A stretch of DNA of 53,308 nucleotides from Ferruginibacter sp. (GCA_014377385.1 JACMPR010000160.1:1-53308), one strand, 5' to 3'. Shown: positions 40,466 through 50,918, counted from the first letter of the stretch. Numbers and translations: made by a program. The notes: generated by a model from the letters alone, not told the origin.

Positions 40466-41233
40466 TTAATTCCGTCCCGATATTTTTGAAAGCAACCTCA
40501 AAATTTCGATGTACAACCAAACAATGGTTACCATCAAACCAAATGCACCATACCATTCCATGTATTTTGGCGCACCCATTTCTGACCCCTTTTCAATCAT
40601 ATCAAAATCCAATATTAAGTTAAGCGCTGCAATAGTAACTACAAATAAGGAGAAAATAATTCCGAATACGCTTCCCTCATGAAGGAAAGGCATGTTGTCA
40701 AAACCAAACATGCGGAGCACCCACACCAGTACATAAAAAATGGCGATACCCACCGTGGCAGTGATGATAACTGATTTGAATTTTTCTGTTGCTTTGATTA
40801 TCCGGAAACTATACAAAAGGTACATCGCGATGGCTACGCCAAATGTAAGCCCTACCGCATTGATCACAATATTTGGCGCCTTTTCTCCGAATGCACCGTT
40901 GTACATGGCAGAAATGGCACCTACAAATAATCCTTCCAATAAAGCATATAGCGGAGCAAGGTAGGGAGACCACTCTTTTTTAAAGCTGATTACGATCGCA
41001 ACGATTAGGCCACCAATCGCACCGGTTAATATGAGGGGCACTACATTACCACCTTCCGCAAATTCTTTCCAGGAATAAAAAGAAGTACCAAGCACCATCA
41101 AAAACAGGAAGCCAAATTTGTTTAGCGTTCCTTTTATTGTCATGCCGTTTTCATTTACTACAATATTGTCCAGTACGGTGCTGGTGAATTTTTTTTCTGA
41201 AAGTGCAGGGTTACCTGATTTAAATAAAGCCAT
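40466..41233 (-). CDS. Bax inhibitor-1/YccA-like membrane protein
   Basis: KSGNP, MT..GT.NK, YALLEGLFVG.IS, L.LDFD.IE.G and EWYGAFGL.VT.VWLYIEILRLL. Confidence 0.9.
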   Translation of the reverse strand: MALFKSGNPALSEKKFTSTVLDNIVVNENGMTIKGTLNKFGFLFLMVLGTSFYSWKEFAEGGNVVPLILTGAIGGLIVAIVISFKKEWSPYLAPLYALLEGLFVGAISAMYNGAFGEKAPNIVINAVGLTFGVAIAMYLLYSFRIIKATEKFKSVIITATVGIAIFYVLVWVLRMFGFDNMPFLHEGSVFGIIFSLFVVTIAALNLILDFDMIEKGSEMGAPKYMEWYGAFGLMVTIVWLYIEILRLLSKISGRN

Positions 41234-41293
41234 GTCTATTAATTTAGAAGTTAAAATTATCAATTATTTATTTATGCTGAATGCAAAATTTTG

Positions 41294-42145
41294 TTATTGC
41301 TGCACGCCGGGATATTTACTCACCTGTTCAAAATTATAGATATCCCTTTTTTTAAGCTGTATGATGAAATTATGCAGGGAAGCAGAATCCTCCGGACGGA
41401 TATAAACCTGGTCGTGTGCCAATAAGACCAGGTGGTCGCATGTTTTTGTATAGTTCTTCGCAAAGGCACTATCAATTTCTGCAAGCATTTCATCTGTTGT
41501 CTGTACAAGTCTTTGCTCATTATTGAAATGCCATTCCAGGTCCCAGCCTATCGCTTTAAAACCATTTTCATATAAACTATCTGCCGCTTCCGTGCTGCTT
41601 TTGATATCTGTACAATGAAGGCTGTCTGTCCGCCAGATATTTCTCCCCGGTGTGCGGATAATACCTGATCTTATGTGCAGGCTGTCGGCGCAGCGGGAGA
41701 AATCATTAACAACACTGTCCGGCAGTTCGTAAAATTCCCGGTACCGATTTTCGAAGGCATGGGTATAACTGTGATTGGCAATTTCAAAAAGATTACAGGC
41801 TGTGGCACTATCGTACATGGCTAGTTGCAGCTGGCTGCCGTATACGTGCTCGCCGATAACAAACAAAGTTACCGGAATGTCTTCCTTTTTTACAATATTG
41901 ATGACATTTTTAGTTCCCTTATTAGGACCGTCATCAAAAGTAAGGTAGATGGTTCTTTTTTTTTTCTTTACTGGCGGGGGAGTATTTTTTTTCACGACAA
42001 CCGGATCATGTTTTAAGGCAGGAGCTTTAAATAAAAATGTTGTTTTTTGGGTTTTGAAAAAGTAAAATGAAGTAAAGGCCACTGTAAGCACAGTTGTTTT
42101 GAAAATGGCAGAACTTGAAAAGTTCCCGCCGGGGTCGGAATCCAT
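41294..42145 (-). CDS. Polysaccharide deacetylase (CE4/NodB)
   Basis: LTFDDGP, NHSYTH, RTPG, GWD.EW and LLAHD motifs; exact start uncertain. Confidence 0.9.
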   Translation of the reverse strand: MDSDPGGNFSSSAIFKTTVLTVAFTSFYFFKTQKTTFLFKAPALKHDPVVVKKNTPPPVKKKKRTIYLTFDDGPNKGTKNVINIVKKEDIPVTLFVIGEHVYGSQLQLAMYDSATACNLFEIANHSYTHAFENRYREFYELPDSVVNDFSRCADSLHIRSGIIRTPGRNIWRTDSLHCTDIKSSTEAADSLYENGFKAIGWDLEWHFNNEQRLVQTTDEMLAEIDSAFAKNYTKTCDHLVLLAHDQVYIRPEDSASLHNFIIQLKKRDIYNFEQVSKYPGVQQ

Positions 42146-42397
42146 GTTAGGTTTTGATTTAGATTATAAATGTAATGTGCAGTCAAGATGATTTAATAAG
42201 CCGGGTGTGTTAATTAATTCAGAATAATTAGAGTGCCGTTTTTCTATAAATAAATTTCCCATTTTAATCTTGTGAATTTAGATGGCGGGTTTTAACTACA
42301 GCCCGCTTTGTCAGTTGAAGTCACATAAGCACCATCATGAATTCGTCAGATTACCAGGGCATATAGTTACCGGGCAAACAAATTGTTGAATCTCCAT

Positions 42398-42405
42398 TAA
42401 CTTTG
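42398..42405 (+). promoter_or_regulatory. Bacteroidota -7 promoter element 4 nt upstream of pheS ATG
   Basis: TAACTTTG matches TAnnTTTG. Confidence 0.65.
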
Positions 42406-42409
42406 CGCT

Positions 42410-43441
42410 ATGGAGCAATTGTTATTACAGATCGATCAGCATAAAACTGACATGAATGCTGCAAAGCCATCTAATAAAGAGGAATTGGAGGCTTTCAGGA
42501 TAAAATACCTTGGTACAAAGGGCCTGCTTAAAACCATCATGGGAGAAATGAAGCATGTAGCGCCGGAAAATAAAAAAGAAGCAGGTCAGTTACTTAATGA
42601 ATTTAAATTTTATACAGAGAATCTCTACGCTACGTTAGCAGCCAATTTTGAAGAGCAGACCTCAGAAACCATGCAGGAGATGGACCGCAGTTTGCCCGGC
42701 AATCCCTGGCCGGTGGGTTCGCGTCACCCAATCAGCATCGTTCAGAACAAGATCATCTCCATTTTTCACCGGCTGGGGTTTTCAGTAGCCGAAGGCCCGG
42801 AGATAGAGGATGACTGGCATAATTTCACTGCACTTAATTTACCTGAAAATCATCCTGCGAGGGATATGCAGGACACGTTTTACATTTCTCAAAACCCCGA
42901 TTGGCTGCTTCGAACACACACCAGCAGTGTACAGATCCGGGAAATGCAAAAAGGAGTTTTGCCACTGCGCATCATTTGCCCGGGAAGGGTTTACAGAAAT
43001 GAGACCATCAGCGCAAGGGCGCATTGCTTTTTTAACCAGGTGGAAGGACTTTACATTGCGGAAAATGTTTCCTTCGCAGACCTTAAGCAAACGCTGTACT
43101 TTTTTGTGCAGGAAATGTTCGGAGATAAAGTTAAGATCAGGTTTCGCCCTTCTTATTTTCCATTTACAGAGCCAAGTGCGGAGATGGATATCAGCTGTCT
43201 TATCTGTGGCGGCGAGGGCTGTAATGTTTGCAAAAAGACAGGCTGGGTGGAGATTCTCGGTTGTGGCATGGTGCATCCTAAAGTATTAGAAAATTGTAAT
43301 ATCGACAGCAGTAAATATACCGGGTTCGCATTTGGTATGGGTGTAGAAAGGATCACGATGCTCAGTTACCAGGTTAAAGACCTTCGCCTCTTCAGCGAGA
43401 ATGACGTCAGGTTTCTTAAACAATTTACTACAGCGTTGTAA
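42410..43441 (+). CDS. pheS: Phenylalanine-tRNA ligase alpha subunit
   Basis: HP, NF.ALNLP.NHPARDMQDTF, LRTHTS.VQ, PGRVYR, RFRPSYFPFTEPS.E and GFAFGMG.ER. Confidence 0.98.
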   Translation: MEQLLLQIDQHKTDMNAAKPSNKEELEAFRIKYLGTKGLLKTIMGEMKHVAPENKKEAGQLLNEFKFYTENLYATLAANFEEQTSETMQEMDRSLPGNPWPVGSRHPISIVQNKIISIFHRLGFSVAEGPEIEDDWHNFTALNLPENHPARDMQDTFYISQNPDWLLRTHTSSVQIREMQKGVLPLRIICPGRVYRNETISARAHCFFNQVEGLYIAENVSFADLKQTLYFFVQEMFGDKVKIRFRPSYFPFTEPSAEMDISCLICGGEGCNVCKKTGWVEILGCGMVHPKVLENCNIDSSKYTGFAFGMGVERITMLSYQVKDLRLFSENDVRFLKQFTTAL

Positions 43442-43629
43442 CACAAGACAGGTAAGGACAATACCTGATCTTTACTGATTCAGCCTGCAAACAAGCGTTC
43501 AATAACGTTATGATGATTGTAAAGAAGCTTTACATAAATTTATGATCACTCAGAAGTTTCCAAAACGGCTTGCACGCTAACATCTCCATGCTGTACATAA
43601 TGTACAGATATTCATAGAAATGTAACCTT

Positions 43630-43645
43630 TGGCACCATAATTGAA
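43630..43645 (+). promoter_or_regulatory. Sigma-54-like -24/-12 element
   Basis: TGGCAC-CATAA-TTGAA versus consensus TGGCAC-N5-TTGC, about 30 nt upstream of the lipoprotein ATG. Confidence 0.45.
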
Positions 43646-43673
43646 AATGTTCTGTTTCTTAAACTTTCATGTG

Positions 43674-44168
43674 ATGAAAAAAAACCTAAGCATTATTTTC
43701 CGGTTGCTAATTGTCGTTGCTATTTTGGCTTCCTGTGCAACTTCCAAAGAAGCACGTACATATAAAAAAACGATTAATGGAAACTGGCAATTGAAAACTG
43801 TAGTGTCAGAAGGTATTATGGGTAAGATCAAGGCCCAGATATTTAACGAGGCAGACTTTAATTGTTTTGTAGGCAGCAGCTGGCACTTCAATTCTAATAA
43901 TAGCCTTGGTAGTTACAGCATCAGCAAAAATGGCGAAGAATGCGTTGCACTCAAGAGGGAAGTACGATGGTCTATTTATGAAACAGCGGGCGAGCCAAAA
44001 TTGTTCCAGTTTAAAAGGCTCGATAGTAAGTTAAAAGAAATGGATGAGGCTAGCGGTGGATTCCGTTTTACCATTATTCAATTAGATAACAGCACGATGC
44101 AGTTGAAATCAGATATCATGTTTGAAGGTAAACCCGCATCCTTCACTTATAATTTTGTAAGAATATAA
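43674..44168 (+). CDS. Lipocalin-like lipoprotein
   Basis: Lipobox LASC; I.GNWQL lipocalin-like motif; two further Cys; beta-rich. Confidence 0.8.
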   Translation: MKKNLSIIFRLLIVVAILASCATSKEARTYKKTINGNWQLKTVVSEGIMGKIKAQIFNEADFNCFVGSSWHFNSNNSLGSYSISKNGEECVALKREVRWSIYETAGEPKLFQFKRLDSKLKEMDEASGGFRFTIIQLDNSTMQLKSDIMFEGKPASFTYNFVRI

Positions 44169-44182
44169 AAAAAATAATAATT

Positions 44183-44902
44183 ATGAAAAATTTACCAGGA
44201 ACGTTTTTTTTATCTGCGGTTGCGGTGATGTTAATGACAAGCGGATGCGACACAGTAAAAAGAACCAGCAACCAGGATAAGGGAGTTGTGGTAGGCGCCA
44301 CAAGTGGTGCTGTAATAGGTGGCATATTGGGTAACAACGTCGGGAAAGGAAACAACACAGCCCTGGGTGCTATCATCGGTGCTGCAGTTGGCGGTGTAGC
44401 AGGTGGCATCATAGGAAATAAAATGGATCGCCAGGCTGAAAAGATAAAAACAGAAATTCCGGGAGCAAAAGTAGAAAGAGTGGGAGAAGGAATTGACGTA
44501 ACTTTTGATGAGAACAATCCTGATGGATCAAAAGCAGGCGTATATTTTGAGACAAATAAATATGAAATCAGCGCTAACTCAAAACTGGCATTAAATAAAT
44601 TGCAAAAGATATTTGCCGAATACCCCGAAACAAATATTCTTGTAGAAGGCCATACCGACGACGTTGGAACTGACTCCTACAACTCAACACTTTCACAAAA
44701 AAGAGCAGTAGCGGTAAGTGATTACCTCAGGAATGCAGGTGTGAGCTCATCCAGGATTATAACAAAATGGTACGGAGAAAGCCAGCCTAAAGTTGCTAAT
44801 GACAGCGACGGAAACAGGGCGCTGAACCGAAGAGTGCAATTTGTTATTACAGCAAATGAAAAAATGAAAGCGGACGCTAAAAAAGAAGCGGAGAAAAATT
44901 AA
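44183..44902 (+). CDS. OmpA-family lipoprotein with glycine zipper (YiaD-like)
   Basis: Lipobox TSGC; GA.IGG..G glycine zipper; VEGHTD, N..LS.KRA.AV, YGES.P and NRRV. Confidence 0.93.
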   Translation: MKNLPGTFFLSAVAVMLMTSGCDTVKRTSNQDKGVVVGATSGAVIGGILGNNVGKGNNTALGAIIGAAVGGVAGGIIGNKMDRQAEKIKTEIPGAKVERVGEGIDVTFDENNPDGSKAGVYFETNKYEISANSKLALNKLQKIFAEYPETNILVEGHTDDVGTDSYNSTLSQKRAVAVSDYLRNAGVSSSRIITKWYGESQPKVANDSDGNRALNRRVQFVITANEKMKADAKKEAEKN

Positions 44903-44962
44903 GAGAGAGATTTTTAGCACCCGGTGCCCTGGAAATATCCAGGAAATACAACACCTAACAAC

Positions 44963-44994
44963 AATGCCCAATGCTGAAACCACTGGGCATTTTT
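44963..44994 (+). terminator. Putative intrinsic terminator
   Basis: aatgccca...tgggcattttt after the ompA-like gene. Confidence 0.55.
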
Positions 44995-45049
44995 GTGTTC
45001 AGGAAAAAAGAAAAGTTGCTATTAACTATTCAATTTTTAATTTTGCAGC

Positions 45050-45892
45050 ATGATACAAAACATTTGCGTGGCTGGTGCAGGAACAATGGGAAGCGGAATC
45101 GCAATGGCAGCAGCACAAAATGGTTTCGGCGTAAGGTTGTTTGATACCAACGACAATGTGCTGAACATTGCAAAGAGCAGCATCAATAAAAACCTGGATT
45201 TTCTTTTAGAAAAAAATAAAATAACTGCCGAAGAAAAGTTGCTGCTGCTGGATAATATTATCTTTTCTTCCAGGGTTCAGGATTGCAAAGCCGACCTGAT
45301 AATAGAAGCCATTATTGAAAAAGAAGAGGCGAAGGTTAGCCTGTTTCACGTGCTTTCATCAATCAATAACAAAGACTGCATTTTTGCAAGCAATACGTCC
45401 TCTCTTTCCATAACCAGTTTACAAAAAAAAATAAATCATCCTGAACGGGTAGCTGGCATGCATTTTTTTAATCCGGCACAAATCATGAAATTGGTGGAAG
45501 TTGTAAAAGGGGAACAAACTGCCGGTGAAGTTGTGCAAACGTTGATGGATACCTGCAGAAAATTAAATAAAACGCCGGTATTATGTGTTGATTCGCCGGG
45601 TTTCATTGTAAACCGTGTGGCCCGGCATTACTACCTGGAAGCCATGCACCTTGTGGAAAGCAAAGCCGCAACAATTGAATCGGTGGATGCGTTGATGGAA
45701 GCATCAGGATTTAAAATGGGACCATTTAAATTAATGGATCTGATTGGTATGGATATCAACCTGGCTGTTTCGCAATCGTTGTATGACGCGTTTGAACAGG
45801 CACCCAGGTTTAAACCATCTGCTTTGCAGATACAAAAAGTTAAAGAGGGTGCGCTCGGAAAAAAAACGGGAAGAGGGTTTTACCAGTACTGA
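45050..45892 (+). CDS. hbd: 3-hydroxyacyl-CoA (3-hydroxybutyryl-CoA) dehydrogenase
   Basis: GAGTMGSGIA, IEAIIE, ASNTSSLSI, GMHFFNPA..MKLVEV, PGFIVNR, MGPF.LMD.IG.D and LGKKTGRGFY. Confidence 0.93.
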   Translation: MIQNICVAGAGTMGSGIAMAAAQNGFGVRLFDTNDNVLNIAKSSINKNLDFLLEKNKITAEEKLLLLDNIIFSSRVQDCKADLIIEAIIEKEEAKVSLFHVLSSINNKDCIFASNTSSLSITSLQKKINHPERVAGMHFFNPAQIMKLVEVVKGEQTAGEVVQTLMDTCRKLNKTPVLCVDSPGFIVNRVARHYYLEAMHLVESKAATIESVDALMEASGFKMGPFKLMDLIGMDINLAVSQSLYDAFEQAPRFKPSALQIQKVKEGALGKKTGRGFYQY

Positions 45893-45945
45893 TTTCGACT
45901 GATTATTTTTCCAACGAAAAAATATTGAAATATAAATAATCTGAT

Positions 45946-45993
45946 ATGCCGTGTACATGAAGTTGTGGGACGCAATTATACATGGCATTTTTT
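45946..45993 (+). terminator. Hairpin with U-tract after hbd
   Basis: atgccgtgta...tacatggcatttttt with an inner G-U-rich stem. Confidence 0.5.
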
Positions 45994-46047
45994 CTATCTT
46001 TAATCGGGGTCACCTCGATTATCTATTCTCCTAATCAAAATTAAACG

Positions 46048-47028
46048 ATGATCTTAGTAACGGGCGGTTCAGGTTTGGTGGGAAATGAATTGGTCATACA
46101 ATTACTGGCGCAGGGCAAAAGGGTAAAAGCGCTATATAATAAAACACGCATCACCGGAATAACAGATATAAGGCTGGAGGAAGTTCAGTGCGATATTTTG
46201 GATGTAATTGGGCTGGAAGAAGCAATGGAAGGAATTGATGAAGTGTATCACTGTGCGGGGCTGGTGGCCTTTGCTCCAAATGAGTTGTCACGTTTGTTTA
46301 AAATAAATGTTGAAGGAACTGCTAATATCGTAAATGCTGCTTTAAACGCAGGCATTAGAAAAATGCTGCACGTAAGTTCTATAGCGGCACTTGGCAGGCC
46401 GGTTGATCCCCTGGACCTGGTGAATGAAAAGATGGATTTTACCAGCAGGACAGATACCAGCAATTATGGTGAGAGTAAATACCTGGGAGAGTTGGAAGTA
46501 TGGAGAGGAATTGCGGAAGGTTTGCCTGCTGTGATAATAAATCCGTCGCTGATTATTGGCGCCGGCAACTGGAATGAAGGATCTACAGAGTTATTTAAAT
46601 CTGTGTACAATGAATTTCCCTGGTTCACTGAGGGTACAACGGGATTTGTTGATGTACGGGATGTGGCCAGGGCAATGATTATGTTGATGGCCTCCGATAT
46701 TTCATCCCAACGATTTATAGTGAGTGCAGAGAACGCCCGGTTTAAAAATGTGCTTGGCATGATAGCGAAGGGTTTCAATAAGAAACCAGCTTCCAGGAAA
46801 GTAACACCGTTACTTGCAGGAATTATATGGCGACTGGAAGCATTGAAATACAGGTTTACCGGTAAGGCCCCGATGCTGACAAAAGAAACGGCGGCAACGG
46901 CTATGGCAACACAAAAATTTGATAACACTAAACTCAGAAAATGGTTGCCCTCATTTTCTTTTCATGCTTTACCAGACACGATCAGTTATACCTGCGCAGC
47001 ATTGCAACAAAAACTTAACAAGCATTAA
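46048..47028 (+). CDS. NAD-dependent epimerase/dehydratase (extended SDR)
   Basis: VTGGSGLVG, HCAG, NVEGT, HVSSIAA, YGESK (YxxxK) and VDVRDVA. Confidence 0.92.
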   Translation: MILVTGGSGLVGNELVIQLLAQGKRVKALYNKTRITGITDIRLEEVQCDILDVIGLEEAMEGIDEVYHCAGLVAFAPNELSRLFKINVEGTANIVNAALNAGIRKMLHVSSIAALGRPVDPLDLVNEKMDFTSRTDTSNYGESKYLGELEVWRGIAEGLPAVIINPSLIIGAGNWNEGSTELFKSVYNEFPWFTEGTTGFVDVRDVARAMIMLMASDISSQRFIVSAENARFKNVLGMIAKGFNKKPASRKVTPLLAGIIWRLEALKYRFTGKAPMLTKETAATAMATQKFDNTKLRKWLPSFSFHALPDTISYTCAALQQKLNKH

Positions 47029-47075
47029 TGTATTTTCGTATCAGTAGAAATATCATTCAAATATTCATTACAGTT

Positions 47076-48170
47076 ATGCGAAATATTTTTTTAATGTGGT
47101 GTTTTTCCAGCCTGTCTTTTATTTCATTTTCTCAGTCAACCAATTTTTATATAACCGGGAAGGTTGTTAATGCAGAAACCAGGGCAGCATTACAAGGAGC
47201 CTCGGTATTTGCAGAAAATACTACGATCGGCACCGCTACTGATGCAGAAGGAAATTTCCGGTTACTGCTACCCAACGGTGGATATGAACTGGTGGTGACT
47301 TTTACCGGCTTTAACACCGGAACAAAGCGCATCAATTCTTCGGATGCCAATGATAAAAACATCGTATTTGAGCTCAATTCAAAAGAAAAAGAAATGGCGG
47401 TGGTTTCTGTTGTGGCTACCACCGAGGTAAAAGATGGCTGGAATAAATATGGCCTTTTTTTTACGGAACAATTCATCGGGAAAACAACTAACAGTACCGC
47501 CTGTACTATAAAAAATAAGGAAGCATTAAGATTTTTTTTCTCTAAGAAAAGGAACCGGTTAAAAGTTATAGCTTCAGAACCTTTGCAGATAGAAAACAAA
47601 GCGCTTGGTTACAATATCAGGTATGCACTGGATTCTTTTACATATGAGTATGCAACCCAGGTAAGCTTGTATACAGGCAATCCTTTATTTGAAGAAATGA
47701 CAGCATTAAATCCTGGTGAGCAGGAAAAATGGCAACAGGCAAGAAGGGAAGCATACAACGGTTCTATCCTTCATTTTATGCGCAGTGTATTTAGCCAGCA
47801 ACTGAAGCAGGAAGGGTTCGAAATACAATTCGTGGTAAATATCAATGGGTTGGATACCGCTTTAAAATTAAAAAATACCTATGGCGCATTGAATTTTAAA
47901 AAAGATGATAGTACACAAACGGTAGAAATAATGCCCAATCAAAGCCAGGTGGCCGTTATTTACACAAAAGAAAAACCTGCGGCTGCATACTTAGCAGAGA
48001 ATGAAAAAGAATCCACTGACTTCCAGTTTTCGGTTCTGTCTTTCCTTCCCAAACATACCATTACTATTGAGCAGAATGGATATTATTATGAGCAGAATGA
48101 ACTAACTACAAATGAATACTGGACATGGGAGCGGGTGGCCGACCTGGTGCCTTATGATTACAATCCGTGA
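47076..48170 (+). CDS. Carboxypeptidase-regulatory-like domain secreted protein
   Basis: Signal peptide; ITGKV...T...L.GASVF...TTIGT.TD.EGNF; IEN.ALGY.I.Y.L; alternative coupled start 47028. Confidence 0.82.
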   Translation: MRNIFLMWCFSSLSFISFSQSTNFYITGKVVNAETRAALQGASVFAENTTIGTATDAEGNFRLLLPNGGYELVVTFTGFNTGTKRINSSDANDKNIVFELNSKEKEMAVVSVVATTEVKDGWNKYGLFFTEQFIGKTTNSTACTIKNKEALRFFFSKKRNRLKVIASEPLQIENKALGYNIRYALDSFTYEYATQVSLYTGNPLFEEMTALNPGEQEKWQQARREAYNGSILHFMRSVFSQQLKQEGFEIQFVVNINGLDTALKLKNTYGALNFKKDDSTQTVEIMPNQSQVAVIYTKEKPAAAYLAENEKESTDFQFSVLSFLPKHTITIEQNGYYYEQNELTTNEYWTWERVADLVPYDYNP

Positions 48171-48343
48171 TGGGTGGATACTAAAGCGAAAGATTTATAG
48201 ATTTGCTAATCCTGGCGCTTGATCGTCGACGTTTTGAATCAATTTTAATTTTAAATTTCCGACGTTTGGTGGGCTACTTACCTGGTGTAAGAAGCTGGTA
48301 TTGAAATTCAAGGGCGAATGTTGATCATTGTATTTTCTACCAA

Positions 48344-49300
48344 TTATCCGCCTCCTTTTTTCCCCATTACCTTATCCCATAACTCAGGAATTCTTTTAAC
48401 CCACACCATTTCTTTTTGTTTTACACGGGCGTCCTGCACCGGGGAACCGAAATAAGCTTTGTTGCCTTCAAGATCGCCACCTACACCACTTTGCGCAAGA
48501 ATCACAGCATTGGCGCCGATTGTCAAAGTTTTGCTTACGCCTACCTGTCCCCAAAGTGTAACGCCATCTTTCAGGGTAACTACGCCGGCAATACCAACCT
48601 GGGCAGCTATCAGGCAATTCTTCCCGATGACGGTGTCATGACCGATGTGAATCATATTATCCATTTTGGTTCCCTTACCAATAATAGTGTCGTGACTTAC
48701 GCCGCGGTCGATGGTACAGCCCGCTCCTATTTCTACATCATCTTCAATGATCACCCGGCCACAATCAGGCATTTTTTTATACCATACTTCCCGGTCTTTT
48801 TTTGTGTTATAATAAAAAGCACTGCTACCAATTACAGTTCCTGGTTGTACAACAACATTGTGTCCAACAATGCAGTGATCCATGATGGTTACATTCGGAT
48901 AAATAATAGTGTTGTTACCAATGCTTACATGATTACCAATAAATGCATTTGGATAAATAAAACTTCCTTCACCAATGGTTGCCGAACTGCTGATCATTTT
49001 TGAAGAAGGTTCAAAAGGGCGAAAGTGCTGTACGATTTTACAATAAGCGTCAAAAGGATTGTTAACCAGCAGCAAAGCTTTCTCCTCGGGTACTGCTGTT
49101 TCCTTATTGATGATAATGAATGATGCATTGCTGTTGATACACTTCTCGTAATACTTAGGGTGATCAACAAAAACCAGGTCGCCAGGTTCCACTTTATGAA
49201 TTTCGTTTATCCCGGTTGCATAGCCAATGTTATTGCCAATAATTTTTGCACCAATAAAATCTGCTATCCATTTTACAGCCACGGGAGAGGGAAATTGCAT
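48344..49300 (-). CDS. lpxD: UDP-3-O-acylglucosamine N-acyltransferase (LpxD family)
   Basis: Hexapeptide repeats; [28 protein letters not shown] and AQVGIAG. May be a second LpxD paralogue. Confidence 0.88.
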   Translation of the reverse strand: MQFPSPVAVKWIADFIGAKIIGNNIGYATGINEIHKVEPGDLVFVDHPKYYEKCINSNASFIIINKETAVPEEKALLLVNNPFDAYCKIVQHFRPFEPSSKMISSSATIGEGSFIYPNAFIGNHVSIGNNTIIYPNVTIMDHCIVGHNVVVQPGTVIGSSAFYYNTKKDREVWYKKMPDCGRVIIEDDVEIGAGCTIDRGVSHDTIIGKGTKMDNMIHIGHDTVIGKNCLIAAQVGIAGVVTLKDGVTLWGQVGVSKTLTIGANAVILAQSGVGGDLEGNKAYFGSPVQDARVKQKEMVWVKRIPELWDKVMGKKGGG

Positions 49301-49689
49301 GTGATTTAGTTTGTGTAAAGGTACAATTCGTTTGCTTTTAGTTGTATTTGAGAAAAGTGTTTACTGTTTTATCAATTTCTTAAAAAATATTTTTGGAAAA
49401 CAGGTAGTGATCTCTTCCTTTAAAAAACGCTTTTTATATGCAGTAGTTGTGATGATGAATTCAGGAGCTGGCAGCACGTAATTTTTTTCAATCTCCGGGA
49501 GCCTCAATAAAATCAATAGTTTCAGAAGAACATTTTTTATTATTCTTTTTTTTCAATGTTAAAAAGGACTTGCATTTCATAAAATGAGATTGAAAGAGAA
49601 TTGCTCTTATCCACAGGGCTTCTAAAAATGTTAATAAAATAATAGTAAATATTTTTTTAGTTAGCAAAAATTATTTTTAATATTGTGTA

Positions 49690-49759
49690 GGGATTTTATC
49701 CCGATACTTACTAACCCATCCATATATTAAAGCCTGGCCTCAAAATGTCGGGCTTTTTT
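49690..49759 (+). ncRNA. Candidate ~70-nt small RNA
   Basis: -7-like element TAATATTG (49678-49685), 5' hairpin gggat-ttt-atccc and a terminator aagcctggc...gtcgggctttttt; no ORF inside. Confidence 0.45.
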
Positions 49760-50001
49760 AATTTCATAAATCAGCGTTTCATTAAAAAATTTCTTCCGGG
49801 ATCGGTGCATTTTTTTAAATCACTTTGCTAATTTGTAAAAAAATAAACTCCATTAAATTTTCAATCTGTTAATAAGTAAGTAAGCCAATCATACTCATCA
49901 TTGAAAGGAGTTGAAAGGACTGCTCATTTCACATCCGGCATCCGCTGATTACTTTACCTAACACCCGATAAATAAATTATCTTGCAACAAATAATTAAAG
50001 T

Positions 50002-50877
50002 ATGTTAAAATCAATGACGGGTTTTGGAAGGGCAGAACAAACAGTAGCTGATAAAACTTTTTTAGTAGAAATTAAAGCTCTTAACGGAAAGCAATTTGAA
50101 TTGCAACTTAAACTCCCGCCATTATTAAGGCCTTATGAATTTGAAATAAGAAATACTTTGCAGGAACACCTTGTAAGAGGTACAATTGATTGTTATGTGA
50201 ATATAAAACAGAATGGCACTTCAAAACCAGTCACTATTAATACTGAGTTGATAAAGGCTTATTACAACCAGATACAGCAACTCGCCGGTGAATTGAATAT
50301 TGATACCAACTCTGTGTTAAGTGCGCTGCTGCGGTTACCCGAAATTGTTAGTCCGACTAATGAAATATTAAACGAAGGAGATTTCAGGGATTTCAGCGTT
50401 GTTTTGCTGGAAGCTTTAAAGGAGTTAAATACCCATCGGGAGGAGGAAGGTAATTCTCTTGACAAAGATTTGGTGACCAGGATAGCCAATATTAAGGAAC
50501 AGGAAGAGTGCATCCTTGCCCTGGAACCAAACCGGAAGAAAAGGATCCAGGATGAAATACACCAGTTGCTGAATGAGCATGTTGGGAAAGAGAATATCGA
50601 CAATAACCGGATGGAACAGGAGTTGATCTACTATATGGAAAAAATTGACATTCATGAAGAACAGATTCGCCTTCGCCAGCATTGTGAATATTTTGCCGAA
50701 GTAATGAACGGGCCTGAGGTAGGAAAAGGAAAAAAACTATCTTTTATTTTACAGGAGATCGGCAGGGAGATAAATACTACCGGGAGTAAAGCGTATGATG
50801 CAGACATCCAAAAATGCGTGGTTAAGATGAAAGATGAACTCGAAAAAGCAAAGGAGCAGGTATTGAATGTTTTGTGA
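50002..50877 (+). CDS. yicC: YicC/YloC family endoribonuclease
   Basis: SMTGFGRA, EIK.LN, RG.ID, R.EQE...Y.EK.DI.EE..RL..H, GKKL.F.LQE..RE.NT.GSKA and KEQV.NV. Confidence 0.94.
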   Translation: MLKSMTGFGRAEQTVADKTFLVEIKALNGKQFELQLKLPPLLRPYEFEIRNTLQEHLVRGTIDCYVNIKQNGTSKPVTINTELIKAYYNQIQQLAGELNIDTNSVLSALLRLPEIVSPTNEILNEGDFRDFSVVLLEALKELNTHREEEGNSLDKDLVTRIANIKEQEECILALEPNRKKRIQDEIHQLLNEHVGKENIDNNRMEQELIYYMEKIDIHEEQIRLRQHCEYFAEVMNGPEVGKGKKLSFILQEIGREINTTGSKAYDADIQKCVVKMKDELEKAKEQVLNVL

Positions 50878-50918
50878 TATAATTATTTCTTCCTTCTAAT
50901 GAGCAATATTTTTGAAGC

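Noticed and set aside
42410-43441. pheS without adjacent pheT, and FNQ in place of FHQ in motif 2
   Set aside because: Separated pheS and pheT is usual in Bacteroidota, and the single substitution gives no evidence of changed function.
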